DNA of 64,000 nt, taken from NCBI GenBank assembly GCA_028534125.1, contig CM052818.1, forward strand, positions 22,322,001 to 22,386,000, in the 5' to 3' direction. This DNA is from Lama glama (taxonomy: Eukaryota). The notes beneath the pieces are model-generated. The model saw only the letters and a program-made list of their open reading frames with translations, searched no databases and was not told the DNA's origin. How positions within the stretch are numbered: the first letter of the stretch is position 1; each line of letters begins with the position of its first letter. The position numbers were made by a program, and so were the translations under genes. Positions 11,600-24,890 of the stretch are shown piece after piece.

Positions 11600-12645
11600 T
11601 TAAATGGGGTGCCCCTCAGGACTTGGTCCTCTTTGACTAGCATAGATCACTCTCTCCCCTACAACCTTGTCCATTCTCAGGTTAATTCTATTTCTACAAT
11701 TTCCAGCTCTAAATTTTAGACTTCCCTTTTAAAACCAAGCCTGGTCTATCTGGCTGCCTACTTGATAAAGATATTTCAAACACAGATCTCTAAAACTAAA
11801 CTTCTGCTATCCCCCCTCCCATCAAATCTGCCCATCCCCTGGGGCTTCGTTTCTCAGTAACTAGCCATCCTCTCCACCCAGTTTCCCACGTCAGAACCTG
11901 AGATCTATATTTGACACCTTCTCCTTTGTAGTCCATACCTACCCTATCATCAATTCCTATTGCACCCACTTCCTAAGTATGTCTTGGCTCTGCCCCCCTT
12001 TTCTCCAGTTCTGCTGTCTCTTGTCCAACCATATCCCCTCTCCCTTGAGAGGTAGCCTATTCATTGGTTTCCTGGAATCCATTCCAAGCTATTATCCATT
12101 CAGCTGCTGGAGACATTTTTTAAAGAGCTCTAATTACCTCCCCAAATCCTTAAAACTATTTAGTGGCTCTAGTCCAAATTCTTTCCCAAGGTCCCTGTGG
12201 TCCCACCAGATCTAACCTTTTCTACGCTTCAACCTCATCTTAAGTCTCTCTTTTACTCACGCACTATAGTCTCCCTTCAGTATGAGTACCAAACTATTCT
12301 GACCTCAGGGCCTTTATACATGTTATATCTGTGGTCTGTACAGTGTTCTCCCCCTCTGCCTCCCCAGCTCTTATCATTCGTTCTTAGATATCCTTCAGGT
12401 CCTGGCTTAAACTTCAGGAATACCTTCTCTTGAGGCTTCCAGGAAATAATATCCCATAGCACCCTTCACTCTCTGTAAGCGTTCAATAATTTGTGTTTGG
12501 ATATACGTTTAATATTTATCTCCCTTGCTAGACTATAATTCTCTGAGAGCAGGGGTTGGATCTGTCTTCTTTATTGTACCCGGACCACCCCATTCAGTGT
12601 CAGGTACAGAGTAGGTACTCAGAAATATTTGCTGAATGAATGAGT
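11600..12645 (+). mobile_element. LINE-2 (L2) 3' portion
   Basis: Pyrimidine-rich L2 body, CTCAGGGCCTTT, CTAGACTATAATTCTCTGAGAGCAGGG, and the 3' terminus GTAGGTACTCAGAAATATTTGCTGAATGAATGA. Confidence 0.85.
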
Positions 12646-12984
12646 CAGTGACAGAGGCTTGTGAGCCAGGATCTCACTCCTAGCAATGGAAGGGCTGGAC
12701 ATCTACCCCAATTTTGTGGGCTCTGAAGTGCACTCTGTTAACTTTTGTGCAACACTGGCACCACTGGGGGAACCAGGAGAGAAAAGGCTGAGAAGCTGTT
12801 CTCAGGCCCTTGAACTCATCAGAAGGGATGCAAGAAGCAGGGGGGAGGGGTACCAATCTATTGCCAAATGGAGTCAGGCTGGAGGTAAGGAGAGTCCCAG
12901 GTCGCGAGTGAGGAAAGGCAGGTGGGTGTGGGTTGGAGGACATGCATTGATGGAGCTTTGGTCCTGCCCCCAGAGGCCCCACAC

Positions 12985-13150
12985 TAAGACCTTTGTCTGC
13001 GTTGCCTCCTTTAATCCCCTGCCAGCCCTGCAGGATTATTATCTCCTGTTACAGACAAGGAAATGGAGCTTTAGGAAAGAGAGTAAGTAACTTGCCTAGA
13101 GTCTCCCAGATAGTAAGTGTCAGAACCAAGATTTGAATCTGGAACTGGAG
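12985..13150 (-). mobile_element. MIR SINE fragment
   Basis: TTACAGACAAGGAAATGGAG...AAGTAACTTGCCTAGAGTC...AGATTTGAATCT. Confidence 0.8.
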
Positions 13151-13689
13151 CCTTAGAAATCAGCTATTTGGGAGAATCAATCCAGGAAAAAAAGAAAAAA
13201 AACCCAGTAAAACAAACCCCCTGTTGGACTTTGGGGGAGAGCTTGCCACCCGCCCCCTCCATCACTTCACCCCTGTGGGCTGTCCATTCTTGGGGATATC
13301 TTTTTGAAATTCCAAAAGCTCTTGCAGGAAACTGAAAAGCCTCTCTGTGCAACCCCTCAGGTGGCCAGATCCTCCCTGGCTGGCGCCTACCTCCCTCGAG
13401 GAGTTCCCCTGCACAACTTCCATTTGAAAAGGAGCTTGGGGCCGTGGTGCCTGTCCTGCTGGGGCCCATCAATGCCCTCAGCTCAGGGATGCAAAATGCA
13501 GGAGCTTGGCCCAACGAGGGGAGTGAGGGCTGGTGGGGGATGGGGCAACGGGAAATCCCCTCAGAGCCTGGCCTTGGGTGTTGGGTTTGTATTTTTAACA
13601 TCATTATAGACACCCCCTGCCCTGCCCCATTTAACACCACTCATATAGAGCCTTTAAAATAAACATCATTTATATAGCCCAGTATAAAT

Positions 13690-13855
13690 ATGAACTCATT
13701 AAAGCTCAGACGATCTCTGAGGTAGGTACTATTAACCCGACATTTTGATGACAGGGAGGTTGACGCAGACAGGGTCGGTGACTTGCCCAATATCACCTAC
13801 AGTAAGTGGTGGAGCTGGGATTTGAACCCAGGCACCAGTCTCTGGATGCTGTGTT
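13690..13855 (-). mobile_element. MIR SINE fragment
   Basis: GAGGTAGGTACTATTA...GTGACTTGCCCAATATCAC...AGTAAGTGGTGGAGCTGGGATTTGAACCCAGGCA. Confidence 0.85.
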
Positions 13856-14894
13856 CTGAAATCCCTCCTCTCCTCTGGGGAACATGTCAGGGGAGAGGGA
13901 TCTCTCTGGTCCCGGGAGATAAGGGGTCCCTTCTTTCTCACGTGCCCAGAGTTTGTTTGCTTCGAGTGAGCAAGCGGTCGCCCCAAACAAAGGGGATGCA
14001 GGTGGAGATAACCCAATCATTCTGGGCCTGGCTGGGCCGTTGGGAGGGCCGGGATTCAACCCAGCCTGCTTTGGGGCCCGGACTTCGAGAAACTGCCAGT
14101 GCCTGGCCGCCTGCTGTTTGTTGCAAAACAATGAGTCAGCCTGGCAGGGAGGGGAGTAGGAGGGTAGGGAATGGGGTAGAGGGGCCTCTCCCTCTCCAGC
14201 CCTGCCTCTGGCCTTTCTCAGGGTGGGTTCTGCCCACCCCCACTCTCCCAGCCCTTAGAAGTTTCACCAATTTCCTTTTTTGTTGTTTGGCTGAGTGAGG
14301 AAAAGGACTGGAAAATAGAAAGTGCCCTAGACAGGAAAAACTCTCTGAAAGCTGAAACCCGCCTGCTCAGGCCAACACCCCAGTGGGGGGCGGTCAGCCA
14401 GCCAGGAGTCCATCCCTGGCCTCCTTCCTGGGCACCGGCCCACGGTGGCACCTCAAGCCCTGGTCAGTAGAGAGGAGAACTTGGAAGTCCAGGGATGAGT
14501 GGTGACTGGTTCAAGGTCACAGCTGTGCTGATGACCAGGAGGGTGGGGCAGATCCGGTGGGAAGTTCTTGGGGAACAGGTTACTGGATGGGAAGAGCCTG
14601 AAAATATAAACCTCCTTTTTTTCAGCTGGTTTTGCCAAGGGGCCATGCCCTTCCATCCTCATGCGGGAAGAGCCTCCCACCAGGAGCACATTAGGGTATG
14701 GGGCAGTTCTCTACCCTGGGCCTCACTGGACAAGCCAGTGTGGTTGCTGGTTACCCCGAAGGATCGATCCCATTTGGCCACGAGCCACTCCCTGCCTCCT
14801 CCAGCTCTGGGCCCCTCCCACTTACCCAAGAAAGATAGTGCTTTCCCCTTGTTAGAGCCAGACAGAGGAAATTTGCTCCAGGTCACAGAGCAAA

Positions 14895-15150
14895 TTCATT
14901 AATTCATTCATCAAAACCTCCAGCTGCTACTGAGCCAGATTCACTCGGCAGAGGCACAAGGTGGGGCACAGTGTCTTGGGAGAACTGCTCTAGCACTTTG
15001 ATCAAGACTTATCTGCCATGCATGCAGTGGGGACATGAAGGGGCTTGACCCAACCTGAGAACGAGGGAAGGCTTCCTGGAGGAGGCAGATAGAGCAGCGT
15101 CTTAATGACTGAGTAGGAGTGTCCCGGGGCCACAGTGTTCTGGGCCAGGG
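14895..15150 (-). mobile_element. L2 fragment
   Basis: TTCATTAATTCATTCATCAA terminus and AGGGAAGGCTTCCTGGAGGAGG. Confidence 0.6.
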
Positions 15151-15349
15151 AGAAATCAAATCCACCAGTGCCAGGCCCACCTACTAAGCGCTACCCCCTG
15201 GTCTACAAGCATTAGTGAGCTCCTACAATGGCACAACACTGAGTTGGGACCTGGGAGGAGATACAGGCAATGATCATAGGATGCTTGCCCCCAAGGAGCT
15301 TCCTGGACCAGTGGGAAGACAAAACAGTCATCCTCGTAATGCTGAGGAA

Positions 15350-15560
15350 TGCCAGTAAGTGTTGGGTGCTCCACTGTGTATTTCTACGTGGAATACACTT
15401 CATTTAGCCCTCACCAAAACTCTATGAGCGGATACTCTAAGCATCCTACTTTCCAGAGAGGAAACAGAGGCTTGGGAAGTATCGGTAACTTGTTCTGGGT
15501 CATCACCTGATAAGAGGTGGAGCCAGAATCTAGACTCAGGGGCCTGACCCCCAACCACTG
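15350..15560 (-). mobile_element. MIR SINE
   Basis: TCATTTAGCCCTCACCAAAACTCTATGAG...AGAGGAAACAGAGGCTTGG...TAACTTGTTCTGGGTCA. Confidence 0.8.
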
Positions 15561-16483
15561 TGCTCGCTACAGCCGGGGGAAGAGAGGCAGCTGTCATAGA
15601 TTTTCCTTGGTGGGCAACGGGGAGCTGGCAAAAGCTTTGGAGGGAGGGAGGGCATGACACAATCTGACCTGTGTTTTGGCACAATAGCTCCAGCGGCCAC
15701 TCGGAGGATTTACTAAAGGCACAAAGCAAAGGGGGAATGCTGCCTTTGTGTTCAGGTGAGAAAGGATGAAGGCTGGGCAGGTACCGGGTGTGCTGAAGAA
15801 AAGGGATCATTCACAGAGGTGGAAGGTACAGCTACAGCGCTACCCTGGCCTCAGCCTCAGGAGAGTAGTCTTTGCTTGACCTCCTCTGACCCTCTGCTGC
15901 CAGTGAAGCCCAGAGAGTAGCTGTTTGTCCAACAGAAACCAACGGAACACCTGCTAAATGCATGACATGTCAGCCCCGGGATCCAAGAGGGAGCTCAGAA
16001 CCCTGCAGTTCAGTGATTCCCAGTTAGCAGCATCACCCGTGCTCTTTCTCCCTCCAGCCTTCCATATCTCCAGAGGAGCTGAGTCTCCGTTTAGACTCTT
16101 CTTAATTGTTTAGGCACCATCCCTCCCTATTCCCATCTCTCCCAGGTCCCAGGAGATTCTGAGACTTCATCTGTCTTCTTATATTTCCCACAGGACCAAG
16201 TACAGTACTGAGTACAAAACTAAGTACTCATTTAGTACTTGCTGACACTAATTAGTCTCAGTGGGGATAAACTATTCTCCAGCTACAGTCTGACCTCGAA
16301 CCCAGACCACAAATTCCTTAATTTATCCAGGCAGTTTTCAAAAGGTGTGTTTGGCCCCAGAGTCTCTGTCGAAGAGTGAAGCTGACTGATGGGCCAGTTC
16401 TGTGGGACCACGTCCTTGGGGGAGGCTGACGCTGCTGAGCCTTTAAGGCCGCCACCCTGTATGCAGGGGGCAGATCTCTGAAG

Positions 16484-16510
16484 CTGTCAATCACCCAGAT
16501 GAGCCAATCA
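16484..16510 (-). promoter_or_regulatory. PBX-MEIS/PREP decamer (TGATTGACAG on minus strand) next to a CCAAT box
   Basis: CTGTCAATCA at 16484-16493 and AGCCAATCA at 16502-16510, in non-repeat sequence; motif match only. Confidence 0.4.
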
Positions 16511-18369
16511 GCACAAGACATCTGGACCAGCAGGCTGAACTAGGGGGTGAATGGGAAGGTCCTGGCCAGGGTAAGGATGGGCATCCTGCAGTATCATGCA
16601 CCCAAGGCTGCACCAGACTGAGTGTTGTGGCCGCCAAGGTACAACACTGAGCTGGCAAGCCTGACTCTAGGAAAAAGGACCCTGTGAGGTAATCACTACC
16701 CTCTGGAGACTTCAGTGCAGGGAGCTCCAAAGAGAGAAATAGGGCAGGGCCTGGGAGCCCTGCGTGAGGTCGCCAGTGCTGGTTTGTGTTTTGAGGGGGT
16801 GTTTCTATTTCCTCTTTGCCCTTCCTTAGGGTTTACTAAAGCCCTCTGGGAAGTGTCACCTGCCTCAGCTGTGTGTGTGTGAGTGTGTGTGTGCACACAC
16901 ACGCCTGTGTATCTGATTGGGTGGTAAGGTGACCGGTGGGGGAAGGGTTGGATGAGGACCAGAAGGTGGGTGACCCTGAAGCTTGGGTTTTTGAGAGGGG
17001 TGCTCTCTCTTCCCCTCCCACACCCTGTCTCAGGGCTGGACTGGGACTATTTCTTCCTTTTATTTCTGGCAAAAGCTACAGGAGGGAGTTCCCCTTCTCT
17101 GTTTGTTTTGATTCTGTTGTTTTCTTAAAGAGAGGAAGGAAAACCATCATCACTTTTTCGGTTTTGTGAACAAAGGCAGGCGGAGAGGATGTTCGTGGGG
17201 GCAGGGGATGTGGGGGCTGGGCCTCACCTTCCCTCTCCTCCTCCCCTTCCTTCCAGCAGATCTGACCCCCCCAGAACTTAGATCAGAACCCGCAATGTGG
17301 GGTCGAGCTTAGGGGCTGGCTCTGCTTTTTTTATAACTTTTCACCTCTCTGAGAGGCATCTATAAAAATGGGAGTGGTCAGATCTGCTTTACAGGATTGT
17401 TGAGGTTAAAAACAAAATATTAACCTGTAAAAGCATAGTGACTGGCACACAGTAAACGCTCTAGAAATGTCTTTCCTTTGCTTCCTTCCTTTGGGGAAGG
17501 GGTGGGGGGTCTATCCCTTTGGTCCAGTTGGGTGGAGTGGGGGCAACTTCCCCATTGAAAGCCCCCTCCCATCTTTCTCCTATTTTATTCAAAGCTGGCT
17601 TCTGTCCCAGGAGGACCTGCAATGCCAGCCTTAGGAAAGGCTCCGAGAAGAAATGACAGGTAAGGCTGGGGCTCTTCCTTGGTCCCTAAAATTGTCCCTA
17701 CTCTGAGGGACAGGTGAGGTCCCTGAAGTTCTCCTAGCCCCTTCATCTGTCCCTCAAGCTCCATGTCCCACTGGACTGCATCCCTCAGGGTCTACCCCTG
17801 CAGCCCTGGGCAGGCCCCCTTCTTTCCTGAGATGTGGGGGGCCACCCTGACCAGACAGAAAGAGAGCCCCACCCTGCTTCCATTACCCTCCCTGGCCCCA
17901 GCCTGCTCTGAAACTCCGCCAGGATGTACTACCTCTCAGGGCATCGGTGTCTTAGTCTGTAAAGCAGTTTCTGAACTTTTTTTTTTAATACAAACACTCT
18001 TTCATAGAATCGAAACATTTTGCAGACCAGCTCCCTGTTCCACGTGATAGCAGCCATACTTTTAAAATCCTTTGAGAAAAAAATACAAACAACCGCAAAC
18101 AAATATACATTCAGTGACACTTTTAAATGAGTGTGTGTTTTATTCAACAGCTTCTACATGCATTTGAAAATGTGTCCCCCGGTGGGGGAGATGTCAGCTT
18201 GTAGATGACACTGGTACCTAAGGAAGCCCGAGGGTGCTCTGGTCCCTGAGGGCACAGGTAGCCCTGGAGTTGAATGACCCCTCCTGGGGCTGACCCAGGG
18301 ACTCAGCCCAACAGTGACTGACAAGAATGCAAATAGTATGGTGGCTTGTCTTCAACACACGGACACTGC

Positions 18370-18565
18370 CTGCGCTTGAGTCCTCGCGCCGCCACTCACC
18401 AGCTCTGGGACCTGGGCGCGTGGTGCCTAACCTCTCTGGGCCCCAGTTTTGTCATCTATAAAGCGGGGGCAATGGTACTGGTGAGTCTTTGTGAGGATTA
18501 AATGAGACAATGAGTTCACCAGACGCACTTGGCACAGGGCACAGTCGGTGCCTAATGAACATTTC
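18370..18565 (+). mobile_element. MIR SINE
   Basis: CCCCAGTTTTGTCATCTATAAAGCGGGG...GTGAGGATTAAATGAGACAATG. Confidence 0.85.
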
Positions 18566-21500
18566 TTTTAAAAAAACCAATAAAAACAAACCCATGAGTC
18601 CCCCTGCTTGCCGTCACCGGGGCTGGCGCTGACTCCTTCCCGGGAATGGCCGCCTGGGCCTCCCCTCACCTGTCCTCCCTCAGGAGAGGGCTCAGAGGCC
18701 GCCCTCCTGCGTTGCTCCCCGGCCTGCCCTTATCTCCCTCACTCCGGATTCCAGTCTCCCCTCCTGTTGCTTGGCCAGGCCTAGTCCCCACGCCCAGGCC
18801 CAGCCTCCTCCACCCCAGACCCGGCCTCTGCTCTGGGGACCAGAGCGTTGGTTCCCAACCACATGAAGGAAGGCACATGGAAAAGCCATAAACTCGAAGG
18901 CTGAGAGGGAGGTTTGTCAGAGCAGGACAGATCTGTGGCCAGGGGCAGGGAGGGAGCGTGCAGGGACCTGAGCGGAAACGGGCATTTCAGGGGAGAGGGG
19001 ATGAGCACCAGGGAGCTGGCAGGGACAGGGCAGGAAGGAGGCCCATTAACACTTGGGCCCCGACCTCGTTTCCTCTGGCACCTTGGCCAGGGCGCACACA
19101 GGGCGTTTGTCCCGCTTTCACTGTGGCGCTGTGTTCACAGCAGCCCCTGCCCCCAGCCCCAGGTGGGCGGTGTTGCCTGGGCACAAATGCCCTTTATGGA
19201 TGGGCAATGTGGGAGAAAGGTAGCACCTCCGTGGACCGGGACCACCCCCTAGAATTCAGAACTGGCCCTGGAGCCTCCTTCCTCCTGGCAACGCAGCCAC
19301 GCAGGGAGCCTGGTCACATGGAGCCATGGCTTTGCCTCCAGGGGCCGCCTATCATGAGGGTACATCCCGGGAGAAGGCAGCAGAAAACCAGAGTGTCCCA
19401 AGTTGCCCTTCCCTCCAGGATCTGTGCTAGGGGATGGTCCCTTCACCCTGACTGCTGCCATCCCCCTGGGGCTGAGTTAGGGGACTTTCATCTCCTTGAG
19501 AGGCTCTAGGGGGAGGCCATCGCCTTGGTGAGACCCATAGAGGAGAGAGAAAGCAGACAGACCCCAATCAGCCCGCATCACCTTCCCTCCTGCATCCCAG
19601 GAGGAGTGAGGCCTTAAGCAAGCAAGCAGGGACCACCTGGCCATCCCCTCCATGGAGCCCAGTCCATGTGAGCCTGGGATTGAATTCACAGAGGGCCCCA
19701 GGCTGCTCTTCCTATGGCCATTGGGTGACAGAAGTCACACATCTCACAGACAAACCCTCCCGTCAGGCCCCACTGAACTTCCGTCCCCTTTTCACACAGA
19801 TCCTCAAGCCCCTCTCCCCCTCCCCTAGGCCTGCCCTATCTGTTGCCCATTTAACCCATTGACAGGTGCAGGCCTGTGTTGGCTGCCTGTCGGTGCCCCC
19901 TAGAGATAGCCTGAAGACCTGCACCCCCGCCCCCAAAGGGAGGATCCACCTGAACTGTTTCTCTGGAGGCTGGGGAGGAGGCGAGGCAGGGAGCCTAACT
20001 GCTGAGCTCCACTCCCTGTGGCCGTGATTCCAGGTCCACCTGGGTGCAGGTAACCCTTTTCTGTAGATATCATGATCCATCTTTTGTACATGGGGAGATT
20101 GAGGAGATGAGGCCTGGGGTTTGCAGTCTAGCTGGGAGCAGATCAGGTGGGGTGGTTAGTGGAGGGCGTCCTCCCTGGGGTGCCTGAACTGAGTCCTGTC
20201 TGGTGGCAGCCGGTGGGCCCTGTGGTCCTGGTGCCCCTTCTGTTTGCTGGGCCCTGTGGTGTTGCGTGGGCCCAGGGGAGGGAGACAGAGAGGGAGGGGG
20301 CAAGGTCCTGCTTTCACTCCTTTCCTAGGCCAGATGCTCTGTCTGATGTCTCTGTCCCCTGAAGACCCCCTGTGAATGTGACACCGCTTAGACCATGGCC
20401 ACCAGTGTAGACTTGGATTTATCTCCGACTCTCTGGGCAGGCTGAGGGAAAGAAACATAAGTGGAAGATGTGACACCAGCCTCACCTACAAACCCAAGTT
20501 ATTTCACATCCTGCAGAGCCAAGGGTGAGGCTGGCTGTCCAGGCTCAGACACCTCAGTGCCTACGGAGACAGACAGACACACTTCCTCCTCACCCCCCGC
20601 CCCCTGCCCCTCCACAACACCGATATCCAGGCAAACACTCCTCAGGCACCCACGCCCTGGCCCTGTGGTACAGACGTACAACACAGACACCCGTGTGGTC
20701 CCTGCAGGGATGAACCCATGGCACCCCCCCACCCACGGAAACCACCCTCCAGCCACAACCTCACAGACCCACATATGCTGCTCCCTTCACAGATACCCGC
20801 TCCTGGTCTCAGCCACGCCGATGAGCTCACAAATTCAGAGACCCAGCACATCAGAGACTCTAGAACACCTGTGTGCACACGCACACAGACACGCACTCTG
20901 CAGATGCACACACGCCCCGAACCCTGAGCCACACCCCTCACCACCACCCCCAGTGCTGGATCGAGGTGTTTATGCTGATAACCACTTATTTATAGTTCAT
21001 GGATTCTGAAAGGTGCATGCATGTGGTTATATGCGTGTGGTTTCTTGTGTGTGAGAAAGAGAGAGAATATGCAAGGTGTCGGGCCAGCAGAGTGGAGAGG
21101 AAGAGAAGGAAGGAAAAGCTTTGTGACTCACTTCCAGCTGAACAATGCTCCTGCGGCCAGGGGAAGGGCACGTTTGTCAACACAGCCAGGGTCTGGCTGT
21201 AGGATGGTCAAGGAGGTGGTGACCCCATGCAGAGACTTGCCCTTCCTCTGTCTGCACCTGGGGGCTATGAACTCAGCAGCCCACGTTCCCCAATACCTGT
21301 CTTGTCTCCAGGGCATCTATCTCATGTGCTGGGGCTGTATTCCCCATCTCTGACCGAACAAAACTCCACAGCCCTGTTTCTCCTTCCCCAGGTCAGGCGG
21401 CCCCACCGCTCACAGCCCAGCCTACTGCTCCTGTCTCTAGGATCCCTCATTTGCCACCTGACTGCTCCCCAGGAGCCCTTCCAGGCCTTTCTTCCAGCTG

Positions 21501-23094
21501 TGTCTGCTGCCTGCATGCCCCTCTGCTCCCCCACACTCATCCTCTCCATCCTTCAATCTCCAGTGCCTTCCCTGCTGTGGCCTCCTGGCCCTGAGCTCTT
21601 CCTGCCCCAAACTATGGTTTCTATTCCTTGTTTTCTGGGTCTTGAGCTCCCCCAACCCCCTCCTCCCTGTTAGACTATGAGCTCTAAAGGGCAGGCTTTA
21701 GAGTTTCTTCTCCTGCCTCCAGAACCCCCTCCCCCTCCCTCCCATTAGGGCCCTGGAAACCAGCTAGTGCCCAGCAAGATTTTAAGAAATGGACAGTAAG
21801 GGATGACAAGGAAAGAAAAGGCTGGAGAGCTCTTCTTTGGGCCTCTGCTCACCAGGTAACTGGTTTTCCTCAGAACTTGACTCTCTGCTGCATGGCTTTT
21901 CCCCATTCTACAGCTCACTCAGGCTGGGCCAGCGAGGGCGGGCGGGAGGGTTTCTCCCCTGGCCCCACCCACACTAGGTCCCGGAGAACAGGAGCCCGTG
22001 GCGAGGCCTTGTCCACTGCACACCACCCAGGAGCCAGGCCTGTGCTGGCTTTGCTCGTATGCTCCCTTGCCCCACAACAACTTATGGCAGGGTTGCTCAT
22101 TTGCCTCAGTTTACAGTTGAGGAAACTGAGGGTTCGAGATGCTGGAGAACTGCCCTGGTCACCCGGCTGGTAAGCGGCAGAGCCCCAGGCCCTGTGCTCC
22201 CCTCAGCAGCCCCTGCCTCTTGTCCCCAGTTTGCCCTCTGAATCTCTCTGGTCTTCGACTTTGAACTTTTGTTCTGCTCTGTCTGCCTGAAACTCTGCCT
22301 GTTTCTGCCCCCATCCTCACCCCTTGGCCTGACTGTGTCTCCTCAACCGGCCCCCAGAGCAGAATGAAGTCGGCCTGTGGGTGAGGGTGATTCTATTTGC
22401 TACTTTTCATAGGGAGCCAGGTTTAGCACACATACTTTTGGATGTGGAAGGTTCTTCTTATATCTGGATCAGCTAGACAGAGACCTGGTCTTCCTCCTCC
22501 TCGGCACCAGCAGGGCTGTGCTCCATAGACACTCCTCGTCCGCCTGCAGCCTTCTTTCTGGCTCTCTGTCTCGCACACTCACATGAATACACACACACAT
22601 ACCATAGCAGACTTGCCTTCAGACCTTGCACAATCCCTGTTGCAAACAATGATGGAAAAAACAGGTAATAGGCTCTGGGAAATGCATAGGGCAGACTCTC
22701 CTTGTGGTACAAACTCAAGTGTGTGATCCCAGCCCACAGATAGCGTATAATTATTTGGTAATAAATCGCATTCCAACCCCAAGCCAGTTGTCCCTGGTTT
22801 TTTTCCCCAACTCTTTCCCGTGCTCCTTGCCAGACCCACAATGTCTCAGTGTCGGGTATGAAATATGGTTGTGATTTTCATGTCTAACCAACGTCAAAGC
22901 TGATTCCTCGATGAGTGCAGTTTTGCTGGAGGATAAAGGCTGACCCAGATTCTTGTGTATTGATGCTATGGAGAAGAGGGGGTTTCCAGGGGAAGAGAGA
23001 GATGGATACCCTTTGGATGGGGGAGAGAACGAGTCTTTGCTAAGGGGTCTTTGGGTGACCCACTGGGATGGCTGTTAGCATAGCTGGGGATGGA

Positions 23095-23490
23095 TCTGAC
23101 CCACCTCGTGTGGCCTTCATGACATAGAGTTAGGAATTCAGGCCTGGCAAGAAGACACTTCACTACCCTCTTGAAGTGAGTGTGACCTACAGACTTGCTT
23201 TGGCCACTGAAATGTGAGTAGGGTTGATACAAGCCACTTCTAGGTAGCAACAATGAGAGCTAAGGTGTGAACCCTCATATTCCTTCTGGCTGCCATGGTG
23301 ATTGTGAACAACGATGTTGACAGACTTCCTTCAGCCTGGGTCCCTGCATGAGGACAATAGAGCACTGAACCCTCCAGGTGACCTGCAATGCTCATTTGGT
23401 ATGAGAAAGAAATACATTTTTACTGTTTTAAACCGCTGCAATGTTGGGATGTTTGTTACCATGGCCTAAGCCAGCCTATCCTGTCTGATA
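23095..23490 (+). mobile_element. MLT1 (I/J-like) MaLR solo LTR
   Basis: GACTTGCTTTGGCCACTGAAATGTGAG...CAGCCTGGGTCCCTG...ATGAGAAAGAAATA...TGTTTTAAACCGCTG...TTTGTTACCATGGCCTAAGCCAGCCTATCCTGTCTGATA. Confidence 0.85.
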
Positions 23491-23894
23491 GGCCTACCTT
23501 ATAGGGTGGATGAGCGGATTCATAATATAATGTGCGTAGAGAGCTTAGCCAGGTGCCCCTACACACACTGCTTCCTTTTCCTCCTTCTCCTCTCCTATTA
23601 TTTCACTTTTTATGAAGCTTTGAGCCCAGTCACAAAAATCAACCCAGGCCCACTACATTTCTGGGACAGGAGCACAGAGATGGTGAGGTCGGGGGGACAG
23701 ATAGATACACAAGTGACTGTCATATGATGTGCTAGTGCTAATTACCCGTATGAGTCCAGAGCTAGGTAAGCCCAGGGGAGGGAGTGGTAAGTCTATCGGT
23801 TCCTCAAAAAGGAAGTCTGAACTAAACTATTGAGGCGTTGGTTTGATTTCTTCTAGCAGAACCAAGGGAGTGGTGTGGTCCAGTAGTGAGGGCA

Positions 23895-24105
23895 GCTGTC
23901 ATTCACTGAGCATCTGTGACGTACTGCACACTGAATTGGGCACTTCAGCCAATTGTCCCCTACTGTCAGAGCATCCATGCTGTGTGCTACCATTACGCCC
24001 ATTTTATAGATAAGAAAACCAAGGCCAGTGAGGTTGCCGTACTTGTACATGGCAGTGTGTGTGCACAGATGCAGAGACGTGGCGACTCCTGACCTAGCTT
24101 CAGTC
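23895..24105 (-). mobile_element. MIR SINE
   Basis: CATTCACTGAGCATCT...CCCATTTTATAGATAAGAAAACCAAGGC. Confidence 0.75.
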
Positions 24106-24759
24106 TTGAGCCTCCCAAAGGGCCACGTTACACAGATCCAGGGAGATCGATCAAAGACCGTAATCCATACTCCACTCTGTGGCCTGGGAGAAATTTCCAA
24201 ATCACGGCTCTGGTAAAGTCACGGCGCTGCTCACAGACCCACGGCGTCCTCCGCAAGGCCTGGCGGTCTGGCCGGCTCCTTTGAGCCCCACCCGAGACTT
24301 GCCAGCATTGTCTCTGGCTACAGCCACTCACGTTCCCAGGCTTCTCGTCTGTGCCTGAGCATTTCCTGCCATTTTCTGCCTTTTGGGTTCAAGCATCTGT
24401 CTGGAATGCCCTTTCCCAATATAATCACCTGCCTGAGGCCTGCCTTTCCTGCAGAGTTCAGTCCCACTCCACCTTCCCTCTCTGGCCCAGGCAGTCCGTG
24501 CTGGAATTGAGCCTGGGGGAGTGTCAGTCAAGTTGATTGAATTGGGTTTGAATGAAAGGACGAGAAAACGTTCACTGGGGTGTAGATATGTTCTAATATT
24601 TACCATGCAGACCTCAGCAGTGCATGAATATGATTTACGGATATGTATAAATATATCAAAGGTGTATGCTGAGAGTTGTTTTTTTAACTGATAACAGCAC
24701 TCAATCAAGCAAGTCTGGAAACGCCGCTGTGTAGACTCCCACATGTGGTAGAGGTTTGC

Positions 24760-24890
24760 TATTTACTGGCTGTGTGACTTAGAAATGTTACTCCACCTCT
24801 CTGAGCCCAAGTTTTCCTGTCTGTAAAATGGGAATTATCTCGGTTCCTACCCCCTAGGGTTAGTGAGGGCTCAAAGAAATAAAACTGTAA
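24760..24890 (+). mobile_element. MIR SINE fragment
   Basis: TACTGGCTGTGTGACTT...CTCTCTGAGCCCAAGTTTTCCTGTCTGTAAAATGGGAAT. Confidence 0.85.

Noticed and set aside
17960..18175. AT-rich patch with a hAT-like end (similar patches at 24560-24745 and 56690-56905)
   Set aside because: Probably old Charlie-type fossils, but I could not assign family or boundaries reliably.
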